Source: Tubulanus polymorphus
Taxonomy: Eukaryota > Animalia > Nemertea
Assembly (NCBI RefSeq): GCF_964204645.1
Contig: NC_134027.1
Location: 558,001-622,000 of the forward strand
Direction of reading: 5' to 3'
DNA length: 64,000 nt
In this document: piece after piece, positions 11,101-21,962 of the stretch
Position numbering within the stretch: the first letter of the stretch is position 1
How the letters are laid out: the number at the start of each line of letters is the position of its first letter
Notes under the pieces: model-generated
Told to the model about the DNA's origin: nothing
The model's input: only the letters and a program-made list of their open reading frames with translations
Database searches by the model: none
Translations under genes and position numbers: made by a program

Positions 11101-14100
11101 CAAGCATCACTGGGTACTGAACATCCAGTCTGGTCCGGTCCAGGCATCACTGGGTACTGAACATCCAGTCTGGTCTGGTCCAGGCATCACTGGGAACTGT
11201 ACATCCAGTCCGGTCCGGTCCAGGCATCATCAGGTACTGAACATCCGGTCTGGTCCGGTCCAGGCATCACCGGGAACTGAACATCTGGTCCGGTCCGGTC
11301 CAGGCATCACTGGGAACTGTACATCCAGTCTGGTCCGGTCCAGGCATCATCAGGTACTGAACATCCGGTCTGGTCCGGCCAAGGCATCATCAGGTACTGA
11401 ACATCCGGTCTGGTCCGGGCGGCCTGGCATCAATGTTTCGAATTTGAAACATAGTTATTATGGCTCTAGGTTTGGTAGAGGGCGCTATTCTACCAGACGC
11501 AGGAGTAAGGTCACCTTCACTGATATCGAGGATGGATCGAGAGATTATGATTGATTCTGTAGGAACCATCATCATTCATCAGTTCACGTCGAGGGACCGT
11601 TTAGGAAGTTCATGTCTTTCACGTCGAGGGACCGTTTAGGAAGTTCACGTCTTTCACGTCTAGGGACCGTTTAGGAAGTTCACGTCTTTCACGTCGAGGG
11701 ACCGTTTAGGAAGTTCACGTCTTTCACGTCGTGGGACCGTTTAGGAAGTTCACGTCTTTCACGTCGAGGGACCGTTTAGGAAGTTCACGTCTTTCACGTC
11801 GAGGGACCGTTTAGGAAGTTCATGTCTTTCACGTCGAGGGACCGTTTAGGAAGTTCATGTCTTTCACGTTGAGGGACCGTTTAGGAAGTTCACGTCTTTC
11901 ACGTCGAGGGACCGTTTAGGAAGTTCATCTCTTTCACGTCGAGGGACCGTTTAGGAAGTTCACGTCTTTCACGTCGAGGGACCGTTTAGGAAGTTCATGT
12001 CTTTCACGTCGAGGGACCCTTTAGGAAGTTTATGTCTTTCACATCGAGGGACCGTTTAGGAAGTCGTCACAATAATCGGAATTTCCGTGATTTCGAAAGT
12101 AAGATGTTATTGTCATTGTAAGCTACCGCAGTTACAGGTAAGCCTATTCTTGATTGCCCGGTTAGAAGTTCAGTTATTCGGAATTCTGACTCTGAATTTC
12201 TGAGGGGTAGCATCTGATTTCAACGAGGATCTAGTTCCTGCAGCAATAAGCTTCGGGTTGCCGCTCACAACGGAAGCTCGTAACACGGTTAGCCATGCCT
12301 GCAGGGGATATGCTATTTTTTACCCCTCAGCCATAGGACGCAAGGGGTAAAAAATCACTTATGTCCGGACGGGTGGGCTGTTTGTTTTTGACATATACAG
12401 GTCATCCAAGATGGCCGCCACAGCCATTGCAATGTGTTAAATAGCCATTTGAAGCTTGTTATCGCTCTACAGACTTAAGTTTTTCATTGATTTTCTTGTG
12501 ACTTGGTTTGTTTGTTTGAGGTGTGAGATGGATGAGCCCTATTATTTTTGACATATATAGGTCATCCAAGATGGCCGCCACGGTTGTTTTAATGTGTGAA
12601 ATAGCTATATTTTGGAGCTTGTTTTCCACTGTACAATCTACAGTTTTATACTGATTTTCTTATCACGTGCTATGTGGATTGAAGGCATAAGGATCGATGA
12701 ACTCTACTGTGTTTGATGTGTGTAGGCCACCACAGTTATATCAGTGTCTTGAATAGCCGATTTGGAGCTTGTTACTGCTCTAAGATGTAGAAGCTTAGAG
12801 GATTATAATTTTATTCATACTTGTACTGTGGTTTATTTATGGTGGTCAGAGGATGAGCCCTATTACAATTTTGCATTCTCTACTTGACTCACTGGTCAAG
12901 GGTTAATATCTAGTTTGTTAAATGTGGAGAAACTCGTGCTAAGTCCTCGGCAGGTCCCCATGTCGGTGAATCACCACCACCCCCACCCCCCGGACTTTGA
13001 TCTCAATATTTTGCGTGAATCGTCAGCAGTTTCAAGAGAATGGGCTCGATTAGGTGTGGAACAATTGGAATCCTCGATTGCCACAGTCGAACCTAGAGTA
13101 TTAAGAGCTCAATTAGGTTCGTCTTTGCGTCTCTTCTCCGGTTGGAGTGCTCCAGTTTTGACCAAACGGAGGAATATTCGAGAGGTGCAGATTCAAGTCA
13201 ACCATGCGGACTCCGTGAAGTACTGGTCCAGCTCCAGCTCCGACAGCTGAAGGTTCAGCTCCGGCTCCGACAGCTAAAGGTTCAGCTCTGGCTCCGGCAG
13301 CTCAAGGTCCGGCTCCGGCAGCTCAAGGTCCAGCTCTGGCTCCGGCCGCTCAAGGTTCAGCTCCGGCTCCAGCTCCGGCCGCTCAAGGTTCAGCCCGAAC
13401 TCACACAATGCCATCTCAAGCATCTTACTTTCTCAAGCGGCTACTGGTGGTTGGAGAACAAGTGCACAGCTCCAACATTCTCGTGCCCCTTCTGGTCAGA
13501 ATAATTCTAATTCATATCACTAAAAGGAGCTCTTCCTCTCGGAGAAACTCAAAATGAATGCTCGGGGCCAGTGAGAGGTTGTCTGCAGCAGGCAGCCACT
13601 GGTCCGTCGGTCCCGGGTCGTATCACGGAGGCTACTGTCTTCAATTCTGAACACCTCTCGACATGCGCCCGAAAGCAGATCAGGAGACACTAATCTCGTC
13701 AGCTCTCAAAGATCTGGCCAAAAAGAGAGCAATAGAACCAGTACGCGACGAAGCCACATCCGGCTGGTTTTCATGAAAATTTATGCTCCTGAAAACCACA
13801 GGGCGTCGATGGACTGTCATTCCTCGAGCGGCACCTGGATATCCCGAGGCTTCCGATGACTAAAACAGGGAGGTAATTCAAGGTCTCCGTCGAGGTTAAT
13901 GGGCGGCTGCATTGGACCTGAAAGATGCATATTTTCAGGTTCCTGTTCACCCGAAATCCTGTCAATTTTACAGAATAAAAGTTGAAAGGCTGCCAGTTCC
14001 AGTTCAGGTCTCTTCCAATCGGCCTCAGTACAGCCCACGCCCTGGGTATTTACCAGCTTGGGTCAAGTCCAGAAGGTACATTACAGTCCAGGGCTGGGTT

Positions 14101-17100
14101 TCATAGATATGGAAGAAAAATAATTCCAGGGAACATTTTGAAATTTGTCAGTTATAACCATGGTTTCTCATTGTTAGTATGGTGGTTGTTACCAAGATTG
14201 AGGATTTACCCCTAGGGATAACTTTGATACTCAGTCTATGAAACCGGGTCCTGGAGTATTTGTCTGTTGGTTTACCTCGACGACTGGTTACTAGTACCAA
14301 ACTCGACTATAGAATGTCAGGAGGCGAGGACCGCTGTCGTAGACTTAGTTCACCAGTTCCGCGTAAACTAAGTAAAATCTCACTTGATGCCATCCCAACA
14401 GTTCACATCTCCGGATCAGCACGGTCTTTCCGTCCATGGCTCGAGTAGCCAAACTTCAAGAAGCGTAGTTACCACAAACGAGAGGACAGCTAGTTATCGG
14501 TGACGCCTGTGGCTAAATGCAATACCGCAGTGCCAGGGATCGTATCTCTGGCTATCTACACATTCAGAGAATATTAACTAAAACCATAGGAAAGGGTCAA
14601 GCACTACTCCGAAAAAAAAACTAATTTTATTTCCAAAAAATTATGATATTATATGGATTGCATGCTGTGTGGAAGAAGTTTTCAAAATTATTTAGGAGCT
14701 TATTATAATTTGAATGCATGAATTGAGAGCAATTTGAAATGTATTGATATCCGAAAGTGTCTCCATTGACTTCACTCATTCACCTGATGAAGCTTCTATA
14801 CATTAGTACCCAAAGCTTGTGTGTCAAATAAACTAGTTACACGTCCTATAAAGTACTACTTGTCTCGTTATATATTCTAAACCCCAGTTAACAATTCCAG
14901 TAAGTCAGGTTTAGGGAATAGATATTTAAACCTTGAGATGATACCGATGTGATACAATTCCAGTAAGTCAGGTTTAGGGAATAGATATTTAAACCTTGAG
15001 ATGATACCGATGTGATACAATTCCAGTAAGTCAGGTTTAGGGAATAGATATTTAAACCTTGAGATGATACCGATGTGATACAATTCCAGTAAGTCAGGTT
15101 TAGGGAATAGATATTTAAACCTTGAGATGATACCGATGTGATACAATTCCAGTAAGTCAGGTTTAGGGAATAGATATTTAAACCTTCAGATGATACCGAT
15201 GTGATACAATTCCAGTAAGTCAGGTTTAGGGAATAGATATTTAAACCTTGAGATGATACCGATGTGATACAATTCCAGTAAGTCAGGTTTAGGGAATAGA
15301 TATTTAAACCTTCAGATGAAACCGATGTGATACAATTCCAGTAAGTCAAGTTTAGGGAATAGATATTTAAACCTTCAGATGATACCGATGTGATACAATT
15401 CCAGTAAGTCAGGTTTAGGGAATAGATATTTAAACCTTGAGATGATACCGATGTGATACAATTCCAGTAAGTCAGGTTTAGGGAATAGATATTTAAACCT
15501 TGAGATTAAACCGATGTGATACAATTCCAGTAAGTTAGGTTTAGGGAATAGATATTTAAACCTTGAGATGATACCGATGTAATACAATTCCAGTAAGTCA
15601 GGTTTATTAAGGAATAGATATTTAAACCTTGAGATTAAACCGATGTGATACAATTCCAGTAAGTCAGGTTTAGGGAATAGATATTTAAACCTTGAGATGA
15701 TACCGATGTGATACAATTCCAGTAAGTCAGGTTTAGGGAATAGATATTTAAACCTTGAGATTAAACCGATGTAATACAATTCCAGTAAGTCAGGTTTAGG
15801 GAATAGATATTTAAACCTTGAGATTAAACCGATGTGATACAATTCCAGTAAGTCAGGTTTAGGGAATAGATATTTAAACCTTGAGATTAAACCGATGTAA
15901 TACAATTCCAGTAAGTCAGGTTTAGGGAATAGATATTTAAACCTTGAGATGATACCGATGAATTTAGCAATTTTGAATGAATTAAACCAATATGAGATTT
16001 CGATCCTAAGAATATTGGAAGCTTGTGTTTAACGTTACTAAATAGTAATATTATATAAAGCTAGAAGGACACGAGGGTATCCATTTTTTTGCCCGATCGC
16101 AACGATTAAATTTGCCGGTGAATTTATACGCCCGATACGAGTGGGTACCGATCTATCTATAAATCGGCCGTCACGGTGATTTCGTCGCCCGCCAACATTA
16201 AACATGTTCTATATTTACGCCGGTGTTCGGGTCACTTGTTAATTCGCTCGTCTTGTCGGCAAGCTTAAAAAGATTTAGAAAAAACTACATATTCTTCTTC
16301 CTGAATAAACTGGATTCATCTGGGTTCAGTTTCATGAGACACAGTTCAAACTGCTCTTGAATTTGAGTTTGTAATTAATGTATGTGATTATAATGAATTG
16401 TATTTTTTGTTTTACAGCACTGATATTTAGATTGAGTCGTGCGTTCCGGCGGGAGGAGTTCGTACGCTTATTTTTACCGGAGTGTAAGTAGTTTAACTAT
16501 TTTCATACAATATCATTTAGTGTGACGTGTGTTACTGATCCAGGAATTTTTCCAAGAGGGGGTTCATAAAAATCCTGACTTAAATCTCTAATGATAGCCG
16601 GGGCCTATACGGCATATTGTTTGGCCAAACATAAGATCATATGGTACCGGTTTTTTGGCTTGTCTCGAGTAAGCATTTACATTCCTTCAAGAAAACGAAT
16701 TTTTAAAATTTTTGGTAGCTGATCAGCGGAGTCACGACCCCTGAAACCCTCCCTGGATCCGCGCCTGTGATATCTCCTCAAAATCTAATAAAAACATTCA
16801 ACAAATTAATGCTATAATGACGATATGTAGCCTGTTATATCTGTCTATTTGAATGCATTTGCATAAAGAAATAGTTGCGGAATTATCAACTGCAAATAAC
16901 AGTGTAACCCTAGTGGGTCTTAAGAGACGGCCAGAGCCTTTTTATAGGTTGTTATGGCTCACAACCTGACTTGAGTTAGCTGTACGGACCTGTCAGATTA
17001 GTTACTTCTAGAAGTTATGTTAGTCACATTTTCTGACTATATTCTGGAAAACAGTGGAAGCTTGTATCCACCCCTAGATTAGAACCAATCAGAATAGAAC

Positions 17101-19566
17101 CAATCAGAATAGAACCAATCAGAATAAAACCAATCAGAATAGAACCAATTAGAATAAAACCAATCAGAATAGAACCAATCAGAATAAAACCAATCAGAAT
17201 AAAACTAATCAGAATAGAACCAATCAGAATAGAACCAATCAGAATAGAACCAATCAGAATAAAACCAATCAGAATAGAACCAATCAGAATAAAACCAATC
17301 AGAATAAAACTAATCAGAATAGAACCAATCAGAATAAAACCAATCAGAATAAAACCAATCAGAATAAAAGCAATAAATAGCGTTTTTTTCTCGAGTAGTT
17401 GCCGAAGAAGCATAAAAATTTGATTCAATTTCATTCAGATTTAAACAAACAAATCGAATTTCATTTCATTCAGCGCAAACTTCAAATCTAATTAAAATTT
17501 TGTTCAGTATGAATAAGTTGCAAATCATTGAGAGGAAAAAATAATTAATTGTGTTACTTAAAAAAATCACAATTGTGCTGTGTTTATCAAAACAGGAGAC
17601 CACAGGACCTTTGGTCCTCTAGTATTCTTTTCCTAGTTATTCCAAAAACACTAAAACAGTCCAATCAGCGATGGCTGCCAGACCAACACGATTACATTGA
17701 AATCAAACTTAAGTAACATCAGGCGCCCCCTGTTGGAATAATATTCATAGCCGTAGCATCGAAACCATTCGACTTGTTGTTTAATGTATTTCTCTCTATT
17801 TTTATTTTACAGTTCTGCAAGTTTTAGAAGACTGCCCCTTTGAGGATTTGGTGGGGGAATTCAAAAGAAACTTGGTTCCCGATAGGATATTACCACCACC
17901 GGTTAATCCTATGTCGCCCGCTGCTGCCCCTCCCCCACGTCCATTAAATTCGCCTCAGCAGCGGCCTGTCAGACAGCCGCCCCCGGCCGCCACTCGTTCG
18001 TCAGACAGAGTCCGGGGACGGCTGTTTGAAGGAGATCTGACGGAGGTAAGAATCTTTATTTGTTTTCATATTTTATTCAGGATATCAGTTGAAGTTCAGC
18101 AAATAAATTACCAGACCTGTAAACAGAAGAGTAGTCATAAATTTCCATTTGCGGGTAAAACCCCATAGTCGAAAACCTTCGGTTATTGATCTATATCTGC
18201 TTAAGACCAATGGTTGTACACACGAGTGCGAAAACTTATCGCTCAAACTTTGATTGTATCCATGGTAACGCGTACAGTATACTATGCGTGACTTACCGTT
18301 TCCTATCACTGGAATACAATACTGTTTTAGACCATGAGCGCCATCTGCGGCGGTCATAACGGACTGAGTGGTGATTGGCTGAAATGCTCGTCTACCGTGG
18401 TGACGATTATTCGGTGTTACACGTGCAGCAGACACGTCTCTGAATATCTAACATTTGATTGTTGTAACTCATCGGGAAAAATATGTTTATGAGTCGATTT
18501 TTTGTCGAAATTTTGTTCGGCAGAAAATTGGCTGCGTACGTCAAGAAGGCGGCTGATATTTGTATCGTGTGACCCCTCGTCCCGGTAATATGCCGACCCA
18601 CGTACACCTGAGACCAGTTGCATAGTCAGAGCTTAGAATTAAGACCGTTTTAAGACCAACTTAGTTCTATAGCCAATCTAATAACTTAAGACCAGTCTTT
18701 AGATTTAAGACCACTTTTGGACTTAAGTCTTGACCATGGAATCGGCCCCAGATGCTTATTCCGCTGTATTGGATGCTGACGTGCTCGTGTCTTCCAGCAA
18801 TGTTGTTATTCACCAAAAATATCATGTTTTGTTCGAATAACACGATTCATCTGAGTCTGGGTTTAACGGATGACACGTTCAAACAGAACTACGAAATCAA
18901 TATCAGAAGTCCTTTTATATTGAAACGGTCCCAGAAGTCCCTGTTATAATGGGTACTTTTTCAAAAAAAGTAACGAGAACTCCGATGGCTTTCCGTATTC
19001 ACCGAACTATTTCTATGAGCGTCACTCGTAGATTTACCGAAACGCCACCTTGTGGCACGATATCCTAACTACGTATAGGTGTTTTATTTGCTGAATCGCT
19101 GGTTTCTCATTCTGATTTTTTATGTAGTGTTTAATTTTATACTAAACAAATTTTTCACTTTTTCTCTTTACAGACACGACCACCGCCAAAAAAAACTAGA
19201 ACAAAAAGGAAAAGAAAAGTTGCGGTCGTCGTGGCTCCGCAGGGAGGAGGAGCAAGAGTGGTCCCGGCGGATGGTGCGGCTGACGAAGGTAATCGGGAGG
19301 AAGGGGAGGGGATAAATAGGAAGCGGCCGAGGAGGGATGGTGGTGGGGCTGGGGATGGTGCGGGTCCTGCTCCTCCTGCTCCTCCATCCGTATCTCGGGC
19401 GGTCACTCGTTCACTCGCCAAAAAGCTGGCGAGTGAACGAGTGGCCCGAGAGGTAGAGGTGGTGGCCCGACATACGGATGGAATGTGGGAGGAGCGGCTT
19501 CGTTCGGGGACAATTCCGGATTTGTTAACTGATTTAAAAAATATTCTTTCAGTGAAGGGATATTAG
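5153..19566 (+). CDS. Spliced gene, copy A, ~340-aa putative nuclear protein of unknown family. Coding exons 5153-5215, 6377-6469, 7030-7068, 7445-7471, 9387-9425, 9636-9705, 16418-16483, 17813-18045, 19174-19566
   Basis: Every exon has a pyrimidine tract plus YAG acceptor, and all eight donors are GTAAG. Intron phases (0,0,0,0,0,1,1,0) join into one open frame: MPKAVRKTRGAGPSHSSPYNK/RTQ19KFDISMSGID/FLPTTPPSGTSTP/DLSPIQHVD/RQFASEAGSPSLN/LSNNSSSSSAPLPPETPPDLQAR/TLIFRLSRAFRREEFVRLFLPE/FLQVLEDCPFEDLVGEFKRNLVPDRILPPP...RVRGRLFEGDLTE/TRPPPKKTRTKRKRKVAVVVAPQGGG...SVKGY*. Differences from copy B preserve frame and are largely synonymous or conservative. Confidence 0.88.
5281..5387. mobile_element. 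MITE, PIF/Harbinger-like (copy B ~50435-50541)
   Basis: TIRs GGTCCAGTTTCACAAA / TTTGTGAAACTGGGCC, flanked by CTG on both sides (CWG target duplication). Confidence 0.75.
8322..8634. mobile_element. MITE-like inverted-repeat element
   Basis: ATGGGATACCCGCA ... TGCGGGTATCCCAT termini, plus inner inverted pair CCACCAGATGGCGC / GCGACACCTGGTGG. Confidence 0.65.
10541..11430. repeat. 40-bp minisatellite inside the DIRS gag region
   Basis: Unit GGCATCACTGGGAACTGTACATCCAGTCCGGTCCGGTCCA, ~21 units. Confidence 0.96.
11583..12064. repeat. 35-bp minisatellite, ~14 units (copy B 57765-58281)
   Basis: Unit TTCACGTCGAGGGACCGTTTAGGAAGTTCA(T/C)GTCT. Confidence 0.96.
12315..12915 (+). mobile_element. Non-autonomous interspersed repeat (Helentron/HINE-like) nested in the DIRS element
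   Basis: T-run start, short palindrome TTTTTACCCCT..AGGGGTAAAAA and internal ~170-bp degenerate repeats containing CAAGATGGCCGCC. Confidence 0.5.
13225..13395. repeat. ~27-bp repeat CAGCTCCGGCTCCGGCAGCTCAAGGTT (copy B expanded, 59448-59752)
   Basis: Visible tandem units at the end of the gag-like region. Confidence 0.9.
14091..14251. mobile_element. Harbinger-like MITE interrupting the RT
   Basis: Imperfect TIRs GGGCTGGGTTTCATAGA / TCTATGAAACCGGGTCC with CAG/CTG flanks. It lies between the LSTA and YLDD motifs. Confidence 0.6.
14892..15960. repeat. 63-bp minisatellite, ~17 units (copy B 61259-61884, ~10 units)
   Basis: Unit ACAATTCCAGTAAGTCAGGTTTAGGGAATAGATATTTAAACCTTGAGATGATACCGATGTGAT. 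Confidence 0.97.
17081..17369. repeat. 15-bp repeat A(G/A)AACCAATCAGAAT, ~19 units
   Basis: Visible tandem units. Only 2 units at the copy-B site (63664-63694). Confidence 0.96.
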
Positions 19567-20048
19567 GTGCCTTGAACGCATGAGTCGTTCATGCGCGCCT
19601 AATATGCCTTCACTGAAAGAAAATCAACTATAACATGTACCACATATTTTTTGATTTAATTTTAGTCCAATTCCACAATTATTTCGGCTTTCAATAGTGT
19701 CTTCAATTCTTTAAAGCCCAAAGCACCTTTTTGACTCAACATCCAGTATGAAGGTGGTCGGGAATTGGGCCTGTTTTCTTCGATTTTTGTATCCCGCCCA
19801 GCATACTGGTTGTTGACTCGAAAAGGTGCTCGCTCTGGGAGCTTATCAAAGGCAGGTGATGGGAAAGGTGCCATCACACACTCTCCTTTGATAAGTTTCC
19901 TAGAGTGTCACGGGCTTTAACGGATTGAATTCACTATAATACCAATTTTCCAAAATCAATTTAATTTCTTTCAGGCCATTCTTTTTCCATGTTTTTCTGG
20001 TACATGTTATGGTTGATTTCCATTTTCGAAAATCCGGAATTGAAGCCG
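19495..20048. mobile_element. Fold-back/MITE-like insertion overlapping the stop codon
   Basis: Inverted pairs CAATTCCGGATTT / AAATCCGGAATTG and AAATCAACTATAACATGTACCA / TGGTACATGTTATGGTTGATTT. Internal hairpin at 19544-19621. Confidence 0.6.
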
Positions 20049-20179
20049 TTCGAAGTCGGGGGGATGGTGGTGGGGTTGGGTTAGTTTAGGGTTCCTCTCT
20101 GATTACCTTCTTTAGCTCATCATCCGTGCAGGTGGCGCTTGCTCTTCTAGCCGGTGTTCCCTGGGGTAAACATTTTAAA

Positions 20180-21042
20180 TTAAAAAAATAAAAAATTTAA
20201 AAAAAATTATAAAATCTTTAAAAATCTCATCTCATTTCATCCAATTTATTTATTTGCGGGTGCGATCCCTATCGCACCCATTCATGTCATTCATCCAAAA
20301 AAAATTAAAAACTAAAAAAGAAAAAAAAATATAAAAATTTAAAAAATCTCATCTCATTTCATCCAATTTATTTATTTGCGGGTGCGATTCTTATCGCACC
20401 CATTCATGTCATTCATCCAAAAAAAATTAAAAAATTAAAAACAAAATAGAAAATTATAAAATCTTAAAAAATCTCATCTCATTTCATCCAATTTATTTGC
20501 GGGTGCGATTCCTATCGCACCCATTCATGTCATTCATCCAAAAAAAATTAAAAAATTAAAAACAAAATAGAAAATTATAAAATCTTAAAAAATCTCATCT
20601 CATTTCATCCAATTTATTTGCGGGTGCGATTCCTATCGCACCCATTCATGTCATTCATCCAAAAAAAATTAAAAAATTAAAAACAAAATAGAAAATTATA
20701 AAATCTTAAAAAATCTCATCTCATTTCATCCAATTTATTTGCGGGTGCGATTCCTATCGCACCCATTCATGTCATTCATCCAAAAAAAATTAAAAACTAA
20801 AAAGGAAAAAAAAATATAAAAATTTAAAAAATGTCATCTCATTTCATCCAATTTATTTGCGGGTGCGATTCCTATCGCACCCATTCATGTCATTCATCCA
20901 AAAAAAATTTAAAAATTAAAAACAAAATAGAAAATTATAAAATCTTAAAAAATCTCATCTCATTTCATCCAATTTATTTATTTGCGGGTGCGATCCCTAT
21001 CGCACCCATTCATGTCATTCATCCAAAAAAAATTTAAAAACT
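20180..21042. repeat. ~120-125-bp tandem repeat x7, each with a GC hairpin and A-tracts
   Basis: Unit AAAATCTCATCTCATTTCATCCAATTTATTTGCGGGTGCGATTCCTATCGCACCCATTCATGTCATTCATCCAAAAAAAA... Confidence 0.95.
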
Positions 21043-21294
21043 AGAAATTAAAGTTCTAAGTTTGTTGTTAGATTCTATTCAAAGAACGTTGTAAAGTTCT
21101 TAATTTGTCGTAAAAAACGTTTGAAAAAAAGAACTTCTTAAAGTTCTCAATCTGCCGTAAAATGCAATTGAAAAGATTATAACTCACATGAAAATTAAAA
21201 CGATAAAATAATTGATAAATAATCATTAATAAAAATTGAACTTTGGTCTCGCAATGTTTCCCCGTTATGCATTTTTTACTCGTCGTCAAACATC

Positions 21295-21962
21295 GGCAGC
21301 TCATCGTCGATACTCGCAGCTCGATACACAACAGCAGTTCGTCGTCGATACACACCAGCAGTTCGATACACGCCAGCAGCTCGATACACACCAGCAGCTC
21401 GTCGTCGATACACACCAGCAGTTCGTCGTCGATACACACCAGCAGTTCGTCGTCGATACAGACCAGCAGTTCGTCGTCGATACACACCAGCAGTTCGTTG
21501 TCGATACAAACCAGCAGTTCGATACTCACCAACAGCTCGATACACGCCAGCAGTTCGTCGTCGATACACACCAGCAGTTCGTCGTCGATACACACCAGCA
21601 GTTCGTCGTCGATACACACCAGCAGTTAGTCATCGATACACACCAGCAGTTCGTCGTCGATACACACCAGCAGCTCGATACACACCAGCAGCTCGATACT
21701 CACCAGCAGTTCGTCGTCGATACACACCAGCAGTTCGATACACACCAGCAGCTCGATACACACCAGCAGTTCGTCGACACTCACCAGCAGCTCGTCGTCG
21801 ATACACACCAGCAGTTCGTTGTCGATACACACCAGCATTTCGATACTCACCAGCAGCTCGATACACACCAGCAGCTCGTCGATACTCACCAGCAGCTCGA
21901 TACTCACCAGCAGCTCGTCGTCGATACACACCAGCAGCTCGATACACACCAGCAGCTTGATA
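21295..21962. repeat. 18/21/24-bp minisatellite GATACACACCAGCAG(T/C)TC(GTC)0-2
   Basis: About 30 visible units. Confidence 0.95.

Larger units (their letters stand above)
10197..14450 (+). mobile_element. Decayed DIRS-type retrotransposon (gag + RT remnants) in the sixth coding intron
   Basis: Cys-rich gag-like start (GCGHLFGP..DYVLCSSCL..CGLWS). RT motifs KRAIEPV..SGWFS, LDLKDAYFQVPVHP (13912), FQFRSLPIGLSTA, YLDDWLL (14273) and KSHLMPSQQF. Frameshifts and stops present. No RNase H or tyrosine recombinase recognised. Confidence 0.85.
1..17630. repeat. Copy A of a large direct segmental duplication
   Basis: AGGGTTCGTGTTGGCT at 1 recurs at 43713. Collinear identity runs to TTGGTCCTCTAGTATTCTTT (ending at 17630 and 64000). 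Many ORF-track entries are duplicated. True ends lie outside the window. Confidence 0.97.

Noticed and set aside
14877-15905. Minus-strand repetitive ORFs
   Set aside because: Artefacts of the 63-bp repeat unit.
17024-17434. ORF with ILIGF/ILIGS repeats resembling a membrane protein
   Set aside because: Reverse translation of the 15-bp array, which is nearly absent in copy B.
19079-19421. Alternative-frame and antisense ORFs over the last exon
   Set aside because: Splice phase from exon 8 selects the 19174-19566 frame.
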